Below the pieces are notes generated by a model. That model did not search any database. It worked only from the letters and a program-made list of their open reading frames with translations, and was not told the origin of the DNA. From the NCBI GenBank assembly GCA_944377825.1, contig CALWGA010000010.1, forward strand, positions 1 through 55,926: DNA of 55,926 bases, written 5' to 3'. The position numbers and the translations under genes were made by a program. How positions within the stretch are numbered: the first letter of the stretch is position 1; the number at the start of each line of letters is the position of its first letter. Source of the DNA: an uncultured Clostridia bacterium (GTDB taxonomy: Bacteria > Bacillota > Clostridia > Christensenellales > UBA1242). Of this stretch, positions 49,499-55,926 are shown one piece after another.

Positions 49499-49672
49499 AT
49501 TTTTGGCGAATTTTTATTGTGCGACGCTTATTTTTGCTAACAATAATTGACTTTTCCATGCGTTAGCGTTATACTTAATATATCGAAATTTGGCTATATA
49601 AAAGATTTTTTCGAAAGAAAATCTTTTGACCTATTTATGTTAAAATATCTATTAAAATTTTAGGAGTTTAAA

Positions 49673-50965
49673 TTGGAAAACAAATTGATTGCACCAAGAA
49701 AAATTCAAGGCTTTTGGGAACTTATGCCTAAGGAAGAGGTTTTATTTGAAAACATGCTTGCTCGCTTAAGAAAAGTGTTTGAAAATAACTGCTTCCTACC
49801 TCTCGACACGCCTGTTGCGGAGTTTAGCGAGATACTGCTAGCCAAAAGTGGCGGAGATGTGGATAAAGAAATCTATCGTTTCACAAAAGGGCATGCCGAC
49901 ATCTGCCTTAGATATGATTTGACCGTGCCACTCGCTCGTTTTGTGGCTGGAAATTACAACGTTTTAGATTTTCCGTTTAAACGCTATCAAATTGGTAAAG
50001 TTTATCGTGGAGAACGCCCACAAAAAGGTCGATTTCGTGAGTTTTATCAGTGCGATGCTGACATCATCGGCGAAGAATTGCCACTCACCTACGACGCCGA
50101 GTGCATAAAGTTATACGCGCCATGCTTTAAGGAACTTAACCTTGATGTTGTTGTGGAAATTTCCAACAGAAAAATTCTCGCTGGCTACTTTGAAAATTTG
50201 GGCGTAGATGTTGTTGACCTTATGACCATCGTCGACAAGATTGACAAATTGCCTAAAGAAGAGATTGTTTCGCTTTTTAAAGAAAAAGGCTTGTCAAGTT
50301 CAGACATTGAAAGAACATTAAAAATCATAAGCACAAGCGGAGATATTGACAAAATTAAACCGCTCTCCGTCATGTGCAACAACGAAACTTTCCAAAAGGG
50401 ATTTGAAGAACTTGGCGTTTTAGACGAAAGATTAAGAGCGCTAGGCATGGCAAACTACACCTACAACCTTTCCATCGTGCGTGGACATGACTACTACACT
50501 GGCACTGTATTTGAATGCTACATCAAGGGCAAGCGAAATCTTGGCGCTATCGGTGGTGGCGGAAGGTATGACAACCTTTGCAAAAACTTTATGGACATCA
50601 AGATGCAAGGCGTGGGCATGAGCATCGGCATCACTCGCCTGTTTGATATTTTGAAGAGCGAAAACTTGCTTGACACCGAAAATCTTAATAGTGCGGACCT
50701 AGGCATTATCACCTTTGACGAAACCTTAAACGCTGGACTCAGTCTTATGACTAAGTTTAGAGAGCGCGGAGTTAAAGCGGACATCATCAACGAAACCAAA
50801 TCTTTCAAGGCGAAGATGAAAGAGGCAAACAAGCGCAATCTTCCTTACATTTTAATCTTAGGCGAAGATGAAGTGAAATCATCCTGCTACACTCTAAAAG
50901 ATATGCGCTCCGGCGCGCAAGAAAAATTGAATTTTGATGAGATTTTACAAAAACTTAAAGTTTAA
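49673..50965 (+). CDS. hisS: histidyl-tRNA synthetase
   Basis: YRGERPQKGRFREFYQCD (motif 2) and GGGRYD (motif 3). TTG start, 7 nt after AGGAG. Confidence 0.93.
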   Translation: MENKLIAPRKIQGFWELMPKEEVLFENMLARLRKVFENNCFLPLDTPVAEFSEILLAKSGGDVDKEIYRFTKGHADICLRYDLTVPLARFVAGNYNVLDFPFKRYQIGKVYRGERPQKGRFREFYQCDADIIGEELPLTYDAECIKLYAPCFKELNLDVVVEISNRKILAGYFENLGVDVVDLMTIVDKIDKLPKEEIVSLFKEKGLSSSDIERTLKIISTSGDIDKIKPLSVMCNNETFQKGFEELGVLDERLRALGMANYTYNLSIVRGHDYYTGTVFECYIKGKRNLGAIGGGGRYDNLCKNFMDIKMQGVGMSIGITRLFDILKSENLLDTENLNSADLGIITFDETLNAGLSLMTKFRERGVKADIINETKSFKAKMKEANKRNLPYILILGEDEVKSSCYTLKDMRSGAQEKLNFDEILQKLKV

Positions 50966-51156
50966 TATGATAAAAATTAAATATGTTAAAAAATAAATTT
51001 TAAGTTTGGTAAAATTAAAATATTGGGAAAAATTAAAAAATAAAATTAAACCAAAAATATGAAAAAATCTAAAAATTTGAGAAAAATGCGAATAAATTAG
51101 CAAAAAAACGTAAAAATTAAAAAATTTATTAAAATTTGATAAAAAAAGAGGTAAAT

Positions 51157-52851
51157 ATGGAAAAGAAAAAAATTTTAGTCACATCCGCTCTTCTATACAT
51201 CAACGGACTTCCACACCTCGGCCATGTGGCTGGATGTTGGCTTCCCGGAGACATCTTTGCGCGTTTCAACCGCACCTACGGCAATGACACCATCTATGTC
51301 AGCGGAACGGATGACTACGGCACAACAAGTTATATAAGCGCTAAAAAACTCAACATGGAGCCGAGCGACTACATCAAGATGATGAACGATAAGATGAAGA
51401 CCATCGCCGACAAACTCAACATCAAGTTTGATATCTTCAGTGGCACAAACACCAAAGAGCACGCTGAGATAACCTGCGAAATCTTCAACGATTTAAATAA
51501 AAATGGCTACATCTCCGAAAAGGAAAGTAAGATGTGCTATTGTGAGCATGACAAAACCGCCCTTGCTGACAGGTTCGTCTATGGCACCTGCCCATATTGT
51601 GGATATGACAAAGCGTATGGCGACCAATGTGACAACTGCGGAAAGACCTACGATATTGAAGAACTTAAAAATCCTAAGTGCTATTTCTGTGGCAACGATG
51701 CCGTGTTTAAGAACACCAAGCACCTATACATCCGTCTCGACAAATTGCAAAATGAACTTAAAAAGTGGCTAGACACCAAGAAAGACATCTTCCGCCCATA
51801 CGTTTACAACATGGCAATGAAGTGGATAAACGAAGGGCTTAATCCTAGATGTATCACGCGTGACATCCAATGGGGAATTAAAGTGCCACTTAAGGGCTTT
51901 GAAGATAAAGTCTTCTATGTGTGGTTTGACGCGCCTATCGGCTACATCTCCATAACCAAGGAACTTGGCGGAGATGAAATGGTTAAAGACCGCTGGCAAA
52001 ATAAGGACTGCGAGATATACAACTTTATCGGCAAGGACAACATCGATTTTCACGCTGTTTTCTTCCCATGCGTGGAACTAGGAAGCAAGAAATATAACCT
52101 TGCTCACAACGTTGTCGGCTTCAACTTTTTGAACTTTGAAGGGCAAAAGTTTTCTAAGTCTAAAAAGGTGGGCATTTTCTGCGAAAGTTTGCTGAATTCT
52201 GACATCGACATCGACTCGCTTCGCGCATATCTTCTTTCCATCTTCCCTGAAAATAAGGACAGCGACTTCTCATACGAAGGTTTCAAACTCAACACCAACG
52301 CCGAACTTGTTGGAAAGTATGGCAACTTCTTTAACCGCACCCTAAACATGATAAACAAAAATTTTGGTGGCGAAATCGGCATTGATTTTGAGGATATAAA
52401 AGATAAATTGGACGAAAACGATAAGGAAATGATGGACGCCATCACAACCTGCCCAACAACTATCGCAGACCTATTCAAACAGACAGAATTTAGAGCGGCA
52501 TTCAAAGAGATTATGCGTTTCGCATCCATTGGAAACACCTATCTTGAGAAAACTGCTCCATGGTCACTTATCAAAAACGGCGATGTTGAAAGTGCCAAAA
52601 AGGTGCTTTATCTGTGCTTAAATATGGCAAAATCGCTTGCCATTGTTGGAAGCCCAATCATGCCAACAAAGACCGCGGAAATTTGGAAACAACTCGGCTT
52701 CTCTGGTCGCCCTGATGAAAACGGACTTTGGAAAGAAGCCTCCAAAATCAATATTCCAAAATCGCATAAAACAAATTCTCCAAAACCACTCTTTATGCGC
52801 CTAGACGACGAAACCATCGAGCGTTACAAAAAAGAGTTGGAAGGGAAATAA
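51157..52851 (+). CDS. metG: methionyl-tRNA synthetase (no C-terminal tRNA-binding appendix)
   Basis: PHLGHVAG (HIGH), KFSKSKK (KMSKS), and zinc knuckles CPYCG...CDNCG. Start at ATG 51157 behind AGAGG. Confidence 0.93.
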   Translation: MEKKKILVTSALLYINGLPHLGHVAGCWLPGDIFARFNRTYGNDTIYVSGTDDYGTTSYISAKKLNMEPSDYIKMMNDKMKTIADKLNIKFDIFSGTNTKEHAEITCEIFNDLNKNGYISEKESKMCYCEHDKTALADRFVYGTCPYCGYDKAYGDQCDNCGKTYDIEELKNPKCYFCGNDAVFKNTKHLYIRLDKLQNELKKWLDTKKDIFRPYVYNMAMKWINEGLNPRCITRDIQWGIKVPLKGFEDKVFYVWFDAPIGYISITKELGGDEMVKDRWQNKDCEIYNFIGKDNIDFHAVFFPCVELGSKKYNLAHNVVGFNFLNFEGQKFSKSKKVGIFCESLLNSDIDIDSLRAYLLSIFPENKDSDFSYEGFKLNTNAELVGKYGNFFNRTLNMINKNFGGEIGIDFEDIKDKLDENDKEMMDAITTCPTTIADLFKQTEFRAAFKEIMRFASIGNTYLEKTAPWSLIKNGDVESAKKVLYLCLNMAKSLAIVGSPIMPTKTAEIWKQLGFSGRPDENGLWKEASKINIPKSHKTNSPKPLFMRLDDETIERYKKELEGK

Positions 52852-52959
52852 AAAAGATTTTATCTTTTAAAATTTAAAACGTTTAAAAATTTCTTATGAT
52901 TTTTAAAAATAATGAGAATTGATATTACTATTTTATAAACCAAACATATTAATACAAAA

Positions 52960-52985
52960 AAATAAACACCACTTGGTGTTTATTT
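52960..52985. terminator. bidirectional terminator between metG and the convergent giant gene
   Basis: AAATAAACACC-ACTT-GGTGTTTATTT flanked by A-run and T-run. Confidence 0.6.
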
Positions 52986-52987
52986 TT

Positions 52988-55926
52988 TTATGCAATTACG
53001 CTATTCATATATTGATTTCGATAGTAGTTATTTGTATAAATTAATCTTCCGCCAGCGATACCACCACTGTTGTCCTCATAGGAAGATTTTAGTTGATATG
53101 ATGTTGTGTTATAACTATCTGCGTCGTTATTTGAATATAAATCTAAGGAAACTAATATACTTGATAAATCAATCGTAAGCCCCGTCATGCTGTCAATGAA
53201 CGAATATGTTTTCTCTATTTGAGTGCCATCATCATCTATATAATATCCTGAGTATTGCTTAGCACCCAAATTAACATTCATATCTGCAGCACCATCATCG
53301 CCTAACAAACTTGAACCATCGAGAGTGAGTGTCATATTTTCGCAAGTTTCGTCGGTTGAAAAGGCAACTAAAGTTTCCTCAAGCGATGGATTTGCCTCTA
53401 TTGAATTGATAATGTCTATTATCATATCTGGTAAATTTATTCCTAAGAAAGATTCTTTCACTCCAAACGCATCCAAAATAATTTGCGTCAAGTTAGGCAT
53501 GATTTCTGCGCTTGAATATGTGTTTCTGCTAACAGAATCTTCCACAACTTTTGTCCAATCAGCAATGGTCCATAGCCAACCATATTTCCAATATCCACTT
53601 TCTGCAGTTTTTGAATATCTATGGAAAGTTAAATTGTTGTCTTTAAATTCAAAGGTCACCATTCTGGTATCAAAATCTCCATCAAATACCAACGACGCAA
53701 GTGTGCTGGTTTCAAATTCAATTTGTGCAAATATATAAGGATTATTAATATCTTCAATGTTTGCATATAAGTCAATTGACATATCCATCGTTATAATATC
53801 TATTATATTAATAGTCACAGTTCCTTTGAAATTAAAGTTCTTCGTATTCAACGTGTTCACTGCGATGTCCATAAACTCTGGCAGACTGCTTAGGTCGTGA
53901 TGTGTGGCTGAAGTGTTGTAGGTAAATTCAAAGTTATCTTGAACTCCATTCGAGTTAGTGTCTGTCTGTTGGTCGTCCGCTGGCTCTCCATATTCAAAGT
54001 TGATGTTTGCATACATATCACCAAGCGTAAAACTGATGCTTGTTGGCGAGCAGACTGTTACGCCATCTACAATCTCTTTTGTGAATAAGATTGTTAAATT
54101 GCCAACATCTTCTCCGCTAACTATGCTGATGATAAGGCTGGATGTGCTATCTTCGTTCACAAAAGAGATGTTATCAAGCATCTTTAAAATGTTGGAAACG
54201 CTTAAAAGTGTGGAGTCAACAGTTGTGACAACATCGTCGCCTTCCTCTTTATTTAAGCCCATAAGTTCACGCAAGAAACTGAAATCGATGGTCGACTGCT
54301 CAAACGAAGTGGTCAAATCCCAACTTTCGAGCATTGCAGGGTCAAGTTTAACATTCGTTATTCCCAAAATCATGGCAATTAGGTCACTCATGCTAGCATT
54401 TTCTATATGTCCACGGAATTTTGTGTCGGAATTTATGAAATTGTCATGCGCATAGGTAATGTAAAGTCCGCTTGTGTTCGGGGTATTCTCATCTTCGTAT
54501 TCATTGCTATTATAGTAGATGGATGCCTCATGTGCTGTGGTGGTAGATGTGTTATCTTCTGAAACGCTTGTTGTTGTAATATTCATGTCGCCTTGCACCT
54601 TCAGTGACTTACCACCAAACAAAGTGGAAACAATCTTCCTATCTTCTTCCGCCTTATTTTCAGCGTTAATCTCTTCCGCAAGTTCCACAAGAACATTGCT
54701 GTCTGTGAATTCTGTGTTGCCCAACTTTGCATTTAGTGAAAGTTTATAGAGCGTGGCAGTGATATCTTCAGTGGTATAAGAATAGGAGCCGTTGTTTAAA
54801 TAATCAAGCAATCCTTTCGCAAGAGATAAAAGTCCCTTGATGTTTTCAAAGTTGTTTAAGGAATACATACCGTCTTTGCCTTTGAGGCTTGCAACATTGC
54901 CTAGTTCGTCAAAGACAATGTCGTCCATGAACAGGCTGTTCGTTCCTATCGCCACATTTGAAAGGTAGATTGCGAAGTTCTTATCTTTCGTTATCGCCTC
55001 TTCATTTTCAAGCCACCACTCTTCGTAACTGTCATAGATGTCGGTGTTAGGGTCGACTATGTTTGCGCCAATCACAACTTTTGTTGGATAAATCTTTCCG
55101 TTTGCACTTTCGCCAAAGGCTTGCATAACGATGTCGGCAAATTTAGCGGTTTCGGTGTATTTCAAATCTTCGCCGATATTGATTTGCACGCCACCGTCAA
55201 TCCAGTTTGAACTTATGCTATTTAGTGCTGGTAAAATCACGTTAAATGTGGCGGTTAAATTTTCCATGCCAGAGATAGTCAACTTTAAGTCATCGCTGAC
55301 AAATGTCAAAATTTCGTCTATGGTCGACTCTGATAAATTAAAGGTAAGTCTTAAGCCTTGAAGGTCAAGATAGATGTCATCATCAAGTAGATAGATATAG
55401 GTTTCAATGTTCATAGCGCTTGTGTAGACGCGAACATATGGCACATATTCCTCGCCCTTACGCACAATCATGGCAAGCATATCGCCATAGAAAGAGGTTG
55501 TGCTGTATCTAACTGCCAAATCGCCAGAGATTGCATAGGTGTAGTCATCCACCTTGATATCTTCCACAATGTCAAATATTGGAGTTATATCCTCTTCGTC
55601 GCCAGTTGGTGCTGTTAAAGCAAAGTCGCTTGCATTGATTTGAAGGTCTGCGACATTCAATGTAACATCATAACCTGAAATATTCTTGGCAAAATTCAAG
55701 CCAAAGGTGTTTGTGTTTTTGTTGTAAGTTAGAATTAGGTCGATAAGATTTTCGTTGCTTGTAACTTCATTTGAATTGATAGCGGTTAACTCTTCATTTT
55801 CGCTTGCAAGCAAGGATATTGTGTAGGTCAAAACGCCGTTCTCTTCACTCTCAGTTAAGGTCAAGTTCCTTAATATCTCTAAAATATCGATGTTTTCAAA
55901 GTCCACTCCAAGTTCGGCACTGACCT
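52988..55926 (-). CDS. large hypothetical protein, 5'-truncated by the window edge (more than 978 aa)
   Basis: The frame stays open upstream of the track's GTG 55906 to the last base of the window. The sequence is D/E/N/S/T-rich with no motif recognised and no hydrophobic segments in the visible part. Confidence 0.75.
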   Translation of the reverse strand, partial: VSAELGVDFENIDILEILRNLTLTESEENGVLTYTISLLASENEELTAINSNEVTSNENLIDLILTYNKNTNTFGLNFAKNISGYDVTLNVADLQINASDFALTAPTGDEEDITPIFDIVEDIKVDDYTYAISGDLAVRYSTTSFYGDMLAMIVRKGEEYVPYVRVYTSAMNIETYIYLLDDDIYLDLQGLRLTFNLSESTIDEILTFVSDDLKLTISGMENLTATFNVILPALNSISSNWIDGGVQINIGEDLKYTETAKFADIVMQAFGESANGKIYPTKVVIGANIVDPNTDIYDSYEEWWLENEEAITKDKNFAIYLSNVAIGTNSLFMDDIVFDELGNVASLKGKDGMYSLNNFENIKGLLSLAKGLLDYLNNGSYSYTTEDITATLYKLSLNAKLGNTEFTDSNVLVELAEEINAENKAEEDRKIVSTLFGGKSLKVQGDMNITTTSVSEDNTSTTTAHEASIYYNSNEYEDENTPNTSGLYITYAHDNFINSDTKFRGHIENASMSDLIAMILGITNVKLDPAMLESWDLTTSFEQSTIDFSFLRELMGLNKEEGDDVVTTVDSTLLSVSNILKMLDNISFVNEDSTSSLIISIVSGEDVGNLTILFTKEIVDGVTVCSPTSISFTLGDMYANINFEYGEPADDQQTDTNSNGVQDNFEFTYNTSATHHDLSSLPEFMDIAVNTLNTKNFNFKGTVTINIIDIITMDMSIDLYANIEDINNPYIFAQIEFETSTLASLVFDGDFDTRMVTFEFKDNNLTFHRYSKTAESGYWKYGWLWTIADWTKVVEDSVSRNTYSSAEIMPNLTQIILDAFGVKESFLGINLPDMIIDIINSIEANPSLEETLVAFSTDETCENMTLTLDGSSLLGDDGAADMNVNLGAKQYSGYYIDDDGTQIEKTYSFIDSMTGLTIDLSSILVSLDLYSNNDADSYNTTSYQLKSSYEDNSGGIAGGRLIYTNNYYRNQYMNSVIA

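Noticed and set aside
49163-49672. Calling the DnaA-box region the chromosomal origin (oriC).
   Set aside because: dnaA and dnaN are not adjacent. Gene orientation does not switch at this point, since helD, hisS and metG are all on the plus strand. I cannot compute a replicon-wide GC skew. It is therefore reported only as a DnaA-box cluster.
50966-51156. Looked for T-box leaders or other riboswitches upstream of the aminoacyl-tRNA synthetase genes: metG here, and also cysS at 11983-12154 and hisS at 49500-49672.
   Set aside because: These leaders are almost pure A/T tracts. They lack a specifier stem, an AG bay, or the conserved T-box sequence (AA..GGGTGGTACCGCG-like). Only a simple 10-bp hairpin (AAAAGATTTT/AAAATCTTTT) lies upstream of hisS.

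Overview
This 55.9-kb chromosomal window comes from a low-GC, Bacillota (Firmicutes)-type organism. It is probably an anaerobe, since it carries rubrerythrin. Most of the window is housekeeping: cca, a P-type cation ATPase, cysS, a MarR regulator, a threonine-aldolase-like enzyme, recD2 with comFC, an MFS/GPH transporter, rubrerythrin, rpsF-ssb-rpsR-rpmE, secA, ychF, mrnC-rlmB, sigH-glnS, gyrB and gyrA, helD, hisS and metG. There are three tRNA genes: Leu-UAG, Glu-UUC and the initiator Met. Three very large non-enzymatic proteins are present: a 1602-aa GLUG-repeat surface protein, a 1278-aa protein with a TM hairpin and coiled coil, and a protein of more than 970 aa truncated at the right edge. 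Coding DNA is much more GC-rich than the intergenic DNA, which is extremely AT-rich with phased A/T tracts. The most unusual feature is a tightly packed, AT-rich four-gene cassette inserted between gyrB and gyrA, apparently co-transcribed with them. It encodes a MazG-like protein, a DUF488-like protein, a second MazG-like protein and an orphan. Other points of interest are listed below.
- A dense DnaA-box cluster lies between helD and hisS.
- A second comF paralog carries two frameshifts.
- Both tRNA-Glu and tRNA-fMet are followed by partial copies of their own 3' ends, which look like integration or duplication scars.
- An orphan protein with a HipA-like kinase motif sits next to the tRNA-fMet scar.
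- At least six genes have a consensus sigma-70 promoter only 6-9 nt from the ATG, which suggests leaderless mRNAs.
- An 8-C homopolymer lies at the 3' end of the 1278-aa gene.
No CRISPR array, rRNA, transposase or integrase was seen. All protein-family calls rest on motif recognition by eye and need HMM or BLAST confirmation.
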